A stretch of 64,000 bases of DNA from Selaginella moellendorffii. Taxonomy: Eukaryota > Plantae > Lycopodiophyta. The notes under the pieces are model-generated. The model did no database searches. It saw only the letters and a list, made by a program, of their open reading frames with translations, and had not been told where the DNA came from. The DNA lies in contig NW_003314323.1 of NCBI RefSeq assembly GCF_000143415.4, positions 252,499-316,498 on the forward strand, given 5' to 3'. Positions 1 to 12,782 of this stretch are shown piece by piece (positions within the stretch are counted from its first letter, which is position 1; every line of letters begins with the position of its first letter). The translations under genes were made by a program, and so were the position numbers.

Positions 1-540
1 AATCCGAAGTCGGGTCCGAGATCGAGTCCGAGATCGAGCCTGAGACCGAGTCTGAGTACTAATACGGGTCAAAGCATGCGTCTCCCGGGGGGGGGGGGGG
101 GGGGGGCCCCTTCCAAGGGTTTCCAAAATTTAATAAGGGAATTGGGCCCCCCGAAACCATTTCAAAAAAAATTTTTTTGGGGGGTTTCCAAAAGAATTTA
201 GGTTTAAAATTGGGCCAAAAGGCCTTTGGGGGGAAAAAAAAAGGAACCCGGTCCTGCCCGAAGGGGTACCCCAAGAAATGGTCCAAAAAAACTCCCCCTT
301 TCCAAAAGGAAAATTAATAAAATACTTCCCGCCCAATGTGGAGTGGTGCCCCACTTGAGTACCTTACGGCTCATTGGTCCTCGCCCTTCCTAGGGGCTTG
401 GGCCTTCCCTTTGGGATGGAAGTGGGGGGGTAGAAGTACCTATATCGGGCTGTTAGGCCACAGTGTTTCGCCCCAGCGTCCCGAAGCATGTGTTGCACCC
501 AAGACTTGGGATTTAGAGGGTTCCATGATCAAGTCTTGTG
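1..540 (+). mobile_element. LTR fragment of the same family as 34052-35760 (minisatellite end, poly-G, downstream LTR body)
   Basis: Starts with GAGTCC/GAGATC-type units, then poly-G. 338-400 (GTGGAGTGGTGCCCCACTTGAGTACCTTACGGCTCA) aligns to about 35184-35240. 87-340 is homopolymer-rich and looks like low-quality sequence. Confidence 0.55.
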
Positions 541-2504
541 GTACCAAGGGATGTTAGGAACCTGGAGGCTTGGTGTGCTTGGCTGCTTGTGCTTGCGGGG
601 AATGTAGCTGAACTTTAAGTCCAATTTAACCCAAGGAGGGGGATTGGGAGAAATTTGGGAATCTGTGGATGGAGGGCTAATGCTCCGTTGCTCGTGCAGT
701 GAGTAGTTGAAACCAAATAGGACCAAGTAGGAGTTGGTACCATAGGCGGGAACCTTGACGAGGGAACTTAGCAAAAGCCAAGGCAGTGTTGGACGGATAG
801 ATGAGGTAAGTTGGCAAATTGGAAAGAAAAAATTTGTGGCTTACAGATATGCCAAAACTGAAGGAGTCGTCAATAGCTCTTTGAGATCAACGAACGCCCG
901 CTCACAATCCGGAGACCAAATGAAAGATGACATTGATGACTTCAGCAATACTCACAACGGTGTAATGCGATAAGAAAGATGATCCACAAAACAACCGCGA
1001 TACTGCACCTTGCTAAAGAAGTGTTGCACATCATTCACACATTTTGGAGTAGGGAACTTTAGAATAGCCACAAGTTTGTCAGGATCAACGAGAAATATGG
1101 TACCCAAGATAAATTGTGTCCTTGGACCCAAATACGCACTTCGACCATTTCAGCTTTAAACCAACATCTCGTAGCCAATCCAACACTTTACAAACATCAC
1201 AAATGTGCTCCTCCCACATCCCCTCTGAGTGGATCAAAACATCATTAATGAAGTCAGTAGTCACCTTCGGCATATCACAAAAAACCTCGTCCATCATCCG
1301 CTGGAAAGTTTCTGGAGCATTATTCAAACCAAAGGGTATCACCAAAAACTCGTACAAACCAAATGGTGTACGAAAAGTAGTCTTAGGAATATCTTCTTCG
1401 ACCATCAGTACTTGTCAGTACCCAAAAGCAAAATCTAACTTGGTGAACCAACAACTTCACCCCAGACGATCCAAGAAATCAGCAATGTGAGGAAGAGGGT
1501 ACATATTTGAGATTGTCACTTTCTTTAACAGACAATAGTTGATGCAGAAACGAGGCTTTGTCACAAGATGAGGTTCACATGCCCAAGGACTTCGTGACTT
1601 CTGAATAACACCCTTCTCCAACATTTCCTTGACGTTTGCACGTAAAATCTTAATCTCTTTAGGTGACTGACGACGAACAGGAACTTGGATTGGACGAGCA
1701 TCCCCGGTTGGAATCGGATGATGTATGGCAATCTTGGCCCCAGACAATAGGTCAAATTTAAAGAGATCAAAATACTCCTTCATGAGTTGGTCAACCGCTG
1801 CAACACAAAGATCGTCGGAGGGATCGAAAAAGGGAAGAGCAGAACAAGACGAAAACATAGAAGGAGATAGTGGGGGGACAAAAGTAAGGGAAGCAGAGGT
1901 AAAAGTAGAGGGACGAAGAGGTACAGAAGTGAGAGGAATGGATGAAACATAAGGAAGTATGAGACAAAGGGGAGAAACTTCAAAGTTATACTTGGCATGA
2001 TTGTGCTACAACCAATTCATACCAAGAATGAAGTCAAAAACTTGACTCGGCACCACCTGCAATGACTGCAACTCAAGCTCGAGATTGCCCACACGCATAA
2101 CCAGGTCTGCCTCATCCTATGCAAATACATGTATACACCCATTGCCATAAAGAATGAAAACTGGTTCTGCTGCACGACACAAGTGTAGACGGCAACGTTG
2201 GGAACAAGTCAAGCAATAGAAGATAAACTTCAACCTATATCAACCAACACGGAGAAAATAATAGGAGGCATGTTATCATAAAAACGAGCTCGGAAAGTAA
2301 ACACTAGATGAACCGATGCCGAGTGAACCCCTTGATGATACTCCTGAAAGAAAAATGGAGGGGTCACTGGCTTATTTGCACAAGGTACCTCCATTACTCG
2401 TGTGACACCTCATTTCTTGGATGCATCTCGGTGTCTAGATCTTCTATTGCAACAGCACCAACGGGATGTTGCTGATGCCAAGGTCTCCACCCAGGAAATG
2501 GAGG

Positions 2505-3251
2505 TCACCAATCCGGAAAACGCCAACAACGCCAATAAGTATGACCAACTACATCACACGCCCAACAACGAACATCATGGCCAGGACCATGTCCTTGCCC
2601 TTGTCCTTGGACGCAAGCACTAACAGCATCAACCTCCATTGGAACAGGACCATCACTCATAAGAAGTGGAGCTGAAGGACGTGCAGCGAGAAGTGGAAGA
2701 GGCAACGTCTCATAACGTTGTGCCAAACGAAGAGTATCATCAAGGGTGGCGGGAGCAAGTGCATGTACAAATCCGACAAGATTTTGATGAAGTGCTAGCC
2801 ACAACATTCCTAGCTTGATCCGCTCCGACATATTTGGCTCTGCACAAAGCAAAAGACTTCGAAAACGAACACCAGATTGCATCACCAACTTAGATGGCCT
2901 TTGGCGAATACGATGCGATTGTTGGAAGGCATCATCACAATCGTTGGCATGTCTAAATGTGCATTTGAAGATGTCCAGGAGAACACTCCAATCCCCACAA
3001 GTGGCTGCGCTCAAACTATTGTACCATTGCAACGCCATCCCTTGGAGACATATGGGAAACTCATACAAACGTTGAGCATCATCCCAAGAATGATATGTGG
3101 TAATCACCGTGAAGTGATTGAACCAATAATACACATCATCCCTAGGATTCCTGCAAAAGAACTCTAGCCAAACGCGACCATTGGCACCAAGAGTAGGAAG
3201 AGTTATACCACGTGCCATGAACACTACTATCAAGTGAGTTTGGTTGTTCAA
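2505..3251 (-). pseudogene. gag: Retrotransposon Gag with CCHC zinc knuckle
   Basis: LQGMALQWYNSL retrotrans_gag-like motif, DGPVPMEVDAV, CxxCxxxxHxxxxC. Confidence 0.85.
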
Positions 3252-3552
3252 TTACAAGTGTATAGCATGAAGCAATTGTACTAACTGCTACTCCAGAGTC
3301 AAAGGAGGAGATTGCTAATCTGCCATGAAGATGAACGAAAAAGAAAGAGCAAAAGAAGAGAAATGACAAAAAGTTAGAAGGAAATGGTAGATCTAGACAA
3401 TGCCAAAAACTAGATCTAAACCAAAATCCTGAAAGAAAAGAACAAAAGAAAGAAAATGGAAAAAGCTAAATCTAGATGATATAAAGGTTGGATCTAAACC
3501 AAAATCCCAAATCTAAACACTCCTTAGAGACAATCAAAGATGCCCCTCACCA

Positions 3553-3716
3553 TGTGACTATTTAGAATATGAAAAGGGAATATAGAAAATGTGTATATCA
3601 ATTAGCCTAACAAACCCTAGTTTATATACAGGAGCGAATAGTCCGAATTGAAACCAATTTGACAGCTACCAAAATCCCACTATACTAATATTAGTATATG
3701 GCATTGTAGCCATACA
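3553..3716 (-). repeat. Putative short 5' LTR (about 164 bp)
   Basis: TG...CA termini, abutting a TGG-initiated PBS-like sequence on the minus strand. No partner LTR in the window. Confidence 0.55.
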
Positions 3717-3727
3717 CTTGGCTCACA

Positions 3728-3862
3728 GTATATATATATACAGCAGAAGTGGGCTGTATATGTATATACATATATATATATACATATACATATATATACA
3801 TATACATATACATATATATATATATACATATACATACATATATACATATGTATATATGTATA
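3728..3862. repeat. (TA)n/(TACA)n microsatellite
   Basis: Direct inspection. Confidence 0.95.
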
Positions 3863-4345
3863 TTATAGATCCATTGAATACATTAATTTTTAAAGTAACT
3901 GATTTAAATATTTACTATTATCAAATTCAGTTTAAGTGAAGGTACAGAAATAGTTAATAAGACCCATCTTTTATTGCTTTATGTTTACTTTTAAATCTGA
4001 TCTCTAATGCGAAGAAAAAAAACTGGTAATTGAAATTTAAAGGCAATAAAAATGAGAAATTTATATTGCTGCATCAATGTTTTGCAATTTAAAAAAAGCA
4101 ATATTCTTAATTAAAAGTAATTATATTAATGTGGGGGATGCAAAGAAATGAAAGAATTTCATAGTGTATCAAAATCCTGTAAACCAAAGTTAGTCCATAT
4201 CTAATAGAATTGTCACCACCTCTATGAGAAAGCATGGACACATTAGTGGGGAATGAATCTCAATCTTTAGAACTCTCTCTTTTAGTCTTTGACCATTTAT
4301 CACTTCTAGTTTTGGAAAATGATTGGAGAGAGGAAATTCTATCAC
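3863..4345. repeat. AT-rich segment, inverted copy of about 23840-24316
   Basis: TAGATCCATTGAATACATTAATTTT...GATTGGAGAG matches the reverse complement of 23840-24316. Confidence 0.9.
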
Positions 4346-5153
4346 TTTGTCAACTTCTGGCTCGTGCTGGGTGTGTAATTAGTTGGAGCACATTATTTAT
4401 ATGCACGTAGATCGAGAAGCTGTCTTCTCGCCGAGCACTTCTTCGTACGTCAGTTTGCCTCAAGATCAACCTTAAGCGATCAATCGATTGCAGGTTCCAT
4501 CCATCCCCAGGACACACGGATTAAAGCACGAGTCTCTCTCAAAGCAAACCTCGACACCTGGCACCAGTTGATTCAATGCCAAGCTCTGTCTTGGCATTGC
4601 ATGCCAGCAGCTTTCCCTGGAAAACAGTTGGATAGGACAATCTTTGTTCAGAGGCTCAAGCATTTAGCTGCTTGTCAATCACTTTAATTTACATCGATCT
4701 CTTTCGTTTGTGTACACTTGATCAGCGTCGATTGTGCAAACACTTCAAAATTTTGGCAGCCAGCTTCTTGTTTCGAAGACCGAGCTACAAAACTTTGAAA
4801 AGTATTAATACTCAGTAATTTATTTGAAATTCTCCTTTCTAGAAGGAGAGTTTTATGCGTTCAAGCTGTTTTTCTTTTTTTGACACCAAGCTCTTTTTCT
4901 TTTTCTTCTATAAGTTCATCGCTGGAAGTTTGTGATTTCTGCAAGTATCTCTTGATTCCAAAAAGAAAACCAACCGCAATACAAATTCAAAGAACTTGCT
5001 TGCCCCAGAAATACAAACACAGATATTTCAAACTGATAACTGCAAACTCGGAGGAGTTGGGAACACTCTCGCGGACTACAACATCCAAAATGAGTTTATG
5101 CTCCATCTGGTTCTGCGTCTCGCATGCAAATCATCGTCTCATGTTTTGGATAT

Positions 5154-5971
5154 TTAAAACTTGTTCATAAAACTTTTTAGCGATAACTCCAAAGACTCCT
5201 TGGCGAAGTGATCGATGTCCAAGGCCTGCAAACCCACTTAAAAATCCGAATGTACGATCATCAATGGAGAGAAGGACAAACCTTGGCACGGATGCAGATG
5301 CATACAACGCGCGAAGCATCATCGACCGAGACGGACGCGTCCTGAACAATCAGCTGGTGTTGGCGCAGAATCCACAGCACACTCAGCAAGAGCCTGGCCT
5401 GCATCCTGCAGCTCATGTTGACGAACACATCCGACTTGCATATGTGCAGCCCCAAGCTAGCACTCGATCCCGCTGCTGCCGCCATCCCCATCGCATTCCA
5501 CTTGGGCTTGGAAGGATCCATGGCCGCGCTCTTGCGGTGCTCGAGCAGCATGGATCTCGTCGCCGACAGCTGCTGGACTTGATTCTTGAGCGATTGGATG
5601 AGCTCCATCGTCCCCTGAACCACTCCGCATCGATCCATCTTTCCCGTGCAGCGCAAACAATCATTGATGCGAGAGTGATCAAGAAAAGCACAAGTATGGA
5701 TTGATCAGGATACCTTTGAGGCCTCCGTTGTTGGTAGCAGCGACCTCAGCCGATCATACAGCCCTTGCAGCTCTTTCCTTCGCTCCCTCTCCGACCATAT
5801 GTGATTGATCCGCTGCGCGTACGTCCGGGTCTTTCCCTGCGGAAGCGTCGCCGGGCCCAACCCAATGCGCGGATTAATGCTAGTAGCATTCAAGGGGCAA
5901 ACTCCATGACCCAGAAACACGGGAAGAAACTGATTCAAGCTTGAGCCCTCGCGCCTGACAGGCTTCACCAT
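5154..5971 (-). CDS. bHLH transcription factor A1 (ZHOUPI/subfamily Ib-like) with C-terminal ACT-like domain; exons 5971-5714, 5638-5282, 5225-5154 (228 aa)
   Basis: QRINHIWSERERRKELQGLYDRLRSLLP..K|MDRCGVVQGTMELIQSLKNQVQQL, then GLHICKSDVFVNMSC..LLLSVLWILRQHQLIVQDASVS. In-frame GT-AG junctions shared with the two paralogues. Confidence 0.9.
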
Positions 5972-6275
5972 GGATCGTAAACTTACACTCGAATGTGGTC
6001 GTCTAGACGAGAAACTCTCGCCCTCAAGAACTTACACTGGCTATTGCAATCAAGAAGGGCTTTCTCTCCTCATCTTCTCGAGCCACCTTTCGTTGGTGTA
6101 GTTCTGAAACGATCGGCGTGGATGTTGGATACTACGCAACATCTATGCCGAGCATACATTTGCTTTTGCCAGCCAGCACAAGACACGGTTATGATTGATA
6201 ATCTCTTTAATGCCAAACAATAATCGAACCACTTTATTTTGATGAAATAGATTGGCAGAAAGAGATGCTCTTTAA

Positions 6276-6277
<2 letters not shown>

Positions 6278-6338
<61 letters not shown>
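6278..6338. repeat. (CT)n(CA)n compound microsatellite at the 3' end of MYB-A1
   Basis: Direct inspection. Confidence 0.95.
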
Positions 6339-6735
6339 GATGGTACTGCTGCTACCCCTGACACTGTGGTAGAAGCTCAACTCTAGGCACTCGTCTTGCA
6401 TCTGGAGCTCAACCAGCATGTGCAGAGGACATGCCTTGCCGCACACCAAGCAGTCGCCACTAGAAGTGGTGCTTGCCACCGCCAAGTGATGATGATCCAA
6501 AAGCTGGACACCAGTGTTGCTGATGCTGCTACTGCTGCTGCTGCTTTCGTATGCCATGCTGCTGCTGCTTTCGTATGCCATGCTGCTGCAGGAGCTTTTC
6601 CAGACAATGCAATCCAGATTGCCATCCATCATCAATCGCTGTGCTTCCTCAACTCCCTCTAAACTCTTCTCACTGTCTTGGTGAGGGAGTGTCACTTGTG
6701 ATTGAAGAACTTCTTCCATAGCTGCTAGGGCTCCT
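6318..6735 (-). pseudogene. R2R3-MYB A1, C-terminal part (split by the TE block, frameshifted)
   Basis: Aligns to 26450-26848 (DSEKSLEG..MMDGNLDCIVWK..CLVCGKACPL). About 5-nt deletion near 6690 relative to copy 2. Confidence 0.9.
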
Positions 6736-7009
6736 TGTTAGGCACATAGTCAAAAGGAGGCTTAAGCATGTTAGGGTAAGGGACTTAACCTACTCTAAGG
6801 CTTATAGTGGAATGGCAGCATAGTGGAGCTTTTGAGGCAACTCAGGGGTGGTTGGGTGGTGAGGAACTTCAAGAGGATGTATCATTTGGAGCCATTCTCA
6901 TCTGCGCTATGGTTTGTTTGGAACTGCACCAACCTTCTCTTGCAGCTAGAGGCGGTTATGGTTGGCATTGTGGATTCAGTTCAAATATTAAACTTGAACA
7001 TAGCAATCA

Positions 7010-8524
7010 CGCAGTTCTACGACGCCGCAAACATAAGAAGTCGGTTAGGTTCTCTCGGACCTCCTGTGCATCCTCCGGCCCACGCAAGTCTTCCTATGAT
7101 TCTCCCTCAGCCACAATAAGATCCCCGTAATCTTCGAAAATCTCTACTTCCTTCAAGGCTTGAATGTGTTTCTCCCATGCTTTGATCTCGGCATTGATGT
7201 TTGTCTCACCAACATCAATCAAGAAGTTGTGCAAGATGCAACAACTTTTGATGATGTTCGGCAGGTACTTCGACTTGATCCTTTGTTTTTGATCCAAGCA
7301 TTTGAATTTCATTTTCAGGAGTCCAAATGCTTGTTCAATAACAATCCGGGCCAAATGGTGTTGCTGGTTGTACTCTGCCTCAGTCACCGTCAACTGGGAA
7401 CTTGTTTCAAATGAATAATTGAAAAAAAAAAAAAACAATCAATTTACCCAAGTGAGGAATCATCAAGTGCTGCTGCAGCTGGTAGCCTTTGTCTCCCACC
7501 AGGTATGGCTCAATCCACTCGTCAAAAGCAAACTCCCGAGGAACTGTGAGTAATTCCTTCGCTTGGATCTTGTGGCATAGCCTGGAGTTCCGAAAAACCC
7601 TCATGTCATGAACACTCCCTGGAAAAAAGAAAAAAAACCAATTAGATGTATAGAAGAAAAAAAGTAAAAGTAATTACCTGGCCAGCCTGCATAGATACTC
7701 AAGAACCTTTTCTGAGCGTCACAAACCCTCTGCAAGATCACCGAGTACCGTTTCTTTCGATCAAAGTAGCCCTCACCATCCGGGCCAACTGGTCGAATAA
7801 TCTCAAAATGTGTACAGTCGATCGTCCCAGCCACATTAGGGAGACAAGTCTTGGTGATTTGCTGAAAATCTGCCGCCACAGCTCTAACCTCCGCTGCTGT
7901 CTCTAGGAATCGAATCTTGTACCTGAGGCACTTAACGATTGCAATAGTTGTCTACACCACAATGTCATGTGCAGTGGCTTCCCCGATCCCAAACTTGTCA
8001 GACAGGTCGGAGTAGTCGGTGTTCTTGAACAACTTGTACAAGGTGACCCCCAAACGAACATCCACTGGCACTGCTCTCCTAAACTTTGTATCCTGCTTGC
8101 AAATTTCAGTCTCCAGAATGCCACAAAGCCCGAAGAATGTCTTCTTCTCCATCCTTAGCTTCCGCTTCCATCGACCAGGGTCATACAACTCCATGAAGAA
8201 CTTGCTCCATGTTGTCATACACCGCGGCTTCACCCACCAGAGACCGGCGTCAAGTTGCTTGGACAAGATTGCTCGACAAAGCTTGTCTTCGTCCTCCTCC
8301 TCATCCGGAAGAGTTTGTGCCACCGGGGTCTTGTCATCGATAATGGATTGAAAAGCCTCCACAGCGAGAAACAAAACTTGCAAAATAAGCAAGATTACCT
8401 TGTTCCTCAATAAGGCATTGATGACTGCTGCTTGATTGTTGAAAGAACCACGTTCCTCCTGAGCATCTCTTTGGTTTTCCCCGGAACCATCTTCTGTTTC
8501 CTCGGGTTGAACTGTTGCAAGATC
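7010..8524 (-). pseudogene. Harbinger DDE transposase (HARBI1-like), with introns and premature stops
   Basis: LRMEKKTFFGLC; GTIDCTH; YAGWPG..HDMRVF; YLVGDKGY; IEQAFGLLKMKF; CCILHNF. Stops at 7952 and 7094. Confidence 0.9.
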
Positions 8525-8628
8525 CTGAAAAAAAAAAAGGTTAGAAAAATCTAAAATATCATAGCCTAAACATAGTTTAGTTTAATATTAATAATTAACG
8601 TCCCCCTAAAATCCCGAAAACAAGACGG

Positions 8629-9917
8629 CTAACTCCTGGATGCAACCCCGTTCAAGAAGTTGGAGATGGAGCTTGCAAGGTTGGAGATGGCTCCAACTAA
8701 AACTGTTGCCTTTTCCTTCTCAGCTAGGCTATTCTCCTTCATGCAAACAATGCTCTCCTTTTGCCACGCTAGATTCTACTCATTTCGAGCAGCAATGAGA
8801 GCATTCCCCTCAGCAAGCAAAGTTGTCATGCTTTTCTCGGCCTTCTTCGGGTTCTTCTGCTTCCCTGAACTCCCTGGCACCTGTGTAGCATCTCCAAGAG
8901 GATCAACACCATCCGCGGGATCCTCCTCGTAAGCTTCCTCTTCCGGAGCATCTGAATCAGCAAGAAATGTTGGAGATGTCAATGCCTGCTTCGCTAGGAA
9001 TTCATCCATGATGTTGAAGTACTCGACTGGGAACACCTTCAAGTTCAGCTTCACCGGCATAAGTCACTTCACATCCTTGTGGCTCAAGCTAAAGTAGTTG
9101 GGGTTTCCAGTTTTCCTCTGGAAATCGCAAACACACTTGTAGTCGTTGCAAAGGTTGTTCCAGCGAGTCCGTCAAGCCTTCCAGTCCCGCTGCATGCCAA
9201 CAACCTGCATCTTCTTCGCAATCCTCTTCCAACGATTGGTTGCTGTCAACGTCATCTCCTCGCTGCCCCGCATTCCCCCGATCTTTCCAAGGTGATCTTC
9301 CCGTTTGAAATCAATGAGGGAAGCCGTCTCATCATCTCCCCAATTTTTCCCACGTTTCTTCCTCATTTTCTTCGCGACATGAACACCTACCTCCCCTTCC
9401 TCATTGTCATCGCCCTCCTCTTCATCACCCTGATCATCTTCTTCCTTGTTCAACAGCAACGTCGTCCTGCTCCTCCAAGTTATGAAACCAGAACTGCATG
9501 TACTGCTGTCCTGGTGACTGCTCCTGCTCCAGGTCACCTACTTTGCCACCCTAAACCCAAAACCACTCTCCTAGAATCTGAGCTAAACTCAGTTTGAAGC
9601 TTACCTCGTTAGTTGTCGTAGAAGAAAATTCAGAGAACAATCGAGTTCTAGAAGCCGTTGGGGGAGGCTACAGCTCCCCATGCTCCAGCTCCCCGTGCTA
9701 CAGCTCCCCGTGCTCTAGCTCCAAGTCCGCCCTGATTGAGGCCAAGATTCGAGAGATCGGCATCTCCACGGCCTCGGCCTCGAGGCAGCCTGCCTCCTCG
9801 AGCAACAGCTGGGCCTGGTGCTCGTCCTCCAGGCCCGGATGCTCCTCCACCACGGTTGCTCCTCACTCCACGAGCAGCACCTCCTCGCTGGATGCCACTG
9901 CCCCAAACCCGCACCAT
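8629..9917 (-). pseudogene. Harbinger Myb/SANT-like (trihelix-type) DNA-binding protein with stops
   Basis: RGKNWGDDETASLI...RWKRIAKKMQVVGMQRDWKA*RTRWNNL. Acidic N-terminus, coiled-coil-like C-terminus. The 5' boundary is uncertain. Confidence 0.8.
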
Positions 9918-10679
9918 CTCCTCGTCAAACCCTACAGCTCCTCCTTCGACTGCTCCTCCTTCCCCAAAATCAGCTGCTCCTCCTTAATCCACCAAATCCC
10001 CAACAGGATCTAACCCTAGGGCGATGACTACTGTCGGCTCCCCTGCCATAAAATGCCTGAGCTCACGGCAACTCGCAGCAAAAAACTGAAGCGCCCTAAT
10101 TAGGGCGCTGAAATCTTTGGGGAATCTCGGAGATTCCTTTTAAAAATATTTTAAGTTTAAAAGAACACCCCCCCCCCCCCCCCCCATCTTTTAAAATCGG
10201 TCTGGATGTTTTAAAAAGTGAAAACATTGTGTTAAAGTTAGCACTATGTGCGAATCAAAATGTTTTTAAAAAATATCCTAAATTTTAATGTAAAGTAATT
10301 TACTTTATTTTAAAACATAGTGCAAATGTATTCATCATTTAAATTTAACACATTTCAAGAATAAAGAGCAAGTGCAAATGGCTCCAATATAATTTAGAAA
10401 GATTAATTCTTCGTTTTTTTATGGCAGATCTTAACATTGATATTAGAAGCATACATCTTTGAAGTAGGCTTGTCATAATGGAAAAACACTTTCAAGTTAC
10501 TTGTTGTTTGTTCGTGACTTGGGGGACTAAGGCACGTGTGGCAGAGAAGCAGCAATACAAGATGTACTCGATGAGTTTTCTGATGTTTTTCCATCTAAAC
10601 TTCCTCATGGGTTGCCTCCATTACGAGGTGTGGAGCATAGAGCTAGGAATGTGGCTAATTTACTAATGTCCATTTCGGT

Positions 10680-12777
10680 TAAGTTATGTGGAGGAGTAAG
10701 AAGTTCAATAATAAGTCAAGGAGTTACTTGAGTTTGGATTTATTCATCCAAATAAGTCTTTGTTTGGTGCTCCGGTCTTGCTTGTGAAAAAGAAGAACAG
10801 TTCAATGCAAATATGTATTGACTACCGTGCCTTGAACAAAAAAAATAGTGAAGGATAAAATGCCAATGCCACATATAGATGATATCTTAGACAAACTTGG
10901 TGAAGTATGAGTGTTTACCAAGATTGATTTGAGAAGCAGATATCATCAAATTGCAATAGATGAAGCATTTATCTCTAAGATGGCATTTAACATAAGTTTC
11001 AAACATTTTGAGTTTATAGTTATGCCATTTAGTTTGACGAATGCTCCAAACACATTTACTCAGTTGATGACGAATGTATTTGGGCATTATCTTTATGAGT
11101 TTGTGGAGATTTTCTTGGACAATATTCTTGTTTTCAACAAAAATATGGAGGATCATAAGGTGCATTTGCGCAAGGTTTTTTTGTTACTTTGTGATAACAA
11201 ACTTTATGCGAAGAAGAACAAATATGAGTTTGCAAAGTTAGAGGTGGAATACCTAATCCATATTGTAATATTTAAGGGTGTCAAGACAGATCTAAGGAAT
11301 GTGGCTGCAATGGAGAATTGGCCTACACCAACTTCAGTGGCCGAATTATACAGCTTTCTTGGTATGGCTAGTGATTACTGACGTTTCCAGCATAAGTTTG
11401 TGGAGGTGGCTATTCCTTTGATACAGTTGTTATGCAAGAGTGTGCTATTCGAGTGGAAAAAGCCACAAGAGGAGATTTTTGTGGCACTGAAATGGTTGTT
11501 GAGCGAGGCTCTGGTGCTTTGCATTATTAATCCATCAAAACATTATAAGATGACATGCAATGCGAGTGGTTATGCACTATAAAAAGTTCTTATATAAGAG
11601 AGATAGCCTATTGCATATGAAAGTTAAACTTTGAATCCCATAAAATAACGTTATTTCCCATATGAACAAGAGTTACTCTCTATTGTTCATGCTTTGCGGA
11701 CATAGCAACACTATCTTTATAATGCAGTGTTCGTAGTGTTGATGGATCATAAACCACTTATGTACCTTTTTGAACAAAAGGAATTGAACATTAAACAAGC
11801 TTGTTGGATAGTCAAACTCATGGAGTTTGGGGAATTTCCCATTGAGCATTGCCCAAGAAAATCAAATATGGTGGCAAATGTTTTATCTCGTGTTTGTCAT
11901 GTGATAACATTACAAACATGGTTTTGTCATCATTTAAGTAAAGTGGTTAGTGAGTTTGGACAGTTAGTTGAGGTGCTTAGGCATAGGATGTTGAGGTGGC
12001 CTCTTTGCGCAACTAAATGGAAGATCATCTTTCTGATCGCACTACACTATTGCAAATGTTACTGAAGTCATCAACATCATATTTCATATGGTCTTCGGAT
12101 TGTGAGCAGATGTTTGAGGATCTCAAAGAGCTGTTGACGACTCCTCCACCCCTTTCTCATAAGTAGGATTCTCTATTACAATAGCCGTGTATATTTACTA
12201 TGAGTGGATGTGTTAATTACTCAAGTTTTATTCCACTATCATAATCATCCAAAAGCCGATCATTTTGGGGGGAAGAAGACATATAAGTTGATTAAGTGAA
12301 ATTTTTATTGGAGGAATATAAAGGCTCATATCCTCGAGTATTGTAAATCATGTAAGCTTTGTTAGCGAGTAAAGGTCCCAAGGGAAAAGCCAGAGAGACT
12401 TTTGCAACCTTTACCTATTCCTCAGAGCCATTAGTATAGTATCTCTATGGACTTCATTATTTGTTTGCCATGAACACAGAGGCAAAAGAAGCAAATATGG
12501 GTCATAGTGGATCAGTTGATAAAGTATGTGCAGTTGTTGGTTTTTTGGAAAACTATTACTACCTCAGACTTGGTTGCAATCTACTTGGAGAAGGTTTTTC
12601 CTGATTTTAGTTTGCTAGAGGACATCATTAGTGATCGAAATTCAAATTTCACAAGTGGATTTTGGAAGAGCTTTGCGAAGGCTATACAAAGGACTTTGAA
12701 ACTCTCAAGTGGAAATCATCCTCAGATGGATGGGCAAACTAAACATGTGAATCAGGTGGTATAGAATATGCTATATT
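10680..12777 (+). pseudogene. pol: Gypsy pol (RT-RNaseH-integrase), degenerate
   Basis: FTKIDLRSRYHQI; FEFIVMPFSLTNAPNTF; FLDNILVF; MDHKPL; IISDRNSNFTSGFW; HPQMDGQT. Confidence 0.92.
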
Positions 12778-12782
12778 GTAGC

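Larger units (their letters stand above)
585..3716 (-). mobile_element. Ty3/Gypsy LTR retrotransposon, degenerate and 3'-truncated (gag-PR-RT-RNaseH)
   Basis: Gag 2505-3251 with PVPMEVDAV and CCHC knuckle CWACDVVGHTYWRC. RT 1085-1858 (KTTFRTPFGLYEFLVIPFGLNNAPETFQRMMD, degenerate YxDD as FIND). RNaseH remnants to about 585. Putative TG..CA LTR at 3553-3716 followed by PBS-like TGGTGAGGGGCATC. Frameshifts and stops throughout. Confidence 0.9.
4383..6735. repeat. Segmental duplication, copy 1 (continues at 20927-21215); copy 2 is 24404-27140
   Basis: Colinear high identity (roughly 90% by eye) over bHLH, spacer, MYB 3' part and 3' flank. Confidence 0.95.
6888..10385 (-). mobile_element. PIF/Harbinger DNA transposon nested in the 5' LTR
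   Basis: Imperfect 21-bp TIRs: GGAGCCATTCTCATCTGCGCT (6888-6908) versus the reverse complement of 10365-10385, 16/21 match. Encodes a DDE nuclease and a Myb/SANT-like protein. LTR homology resumes right after it. No clean TSD seen. Confidence 0.85.

Noticed and set aside
59-354. ORFs rich in F/P/K/G
   Set aside because: Homopolymer-laden sequence after poly-G; probably low-quality reads of an LTR.
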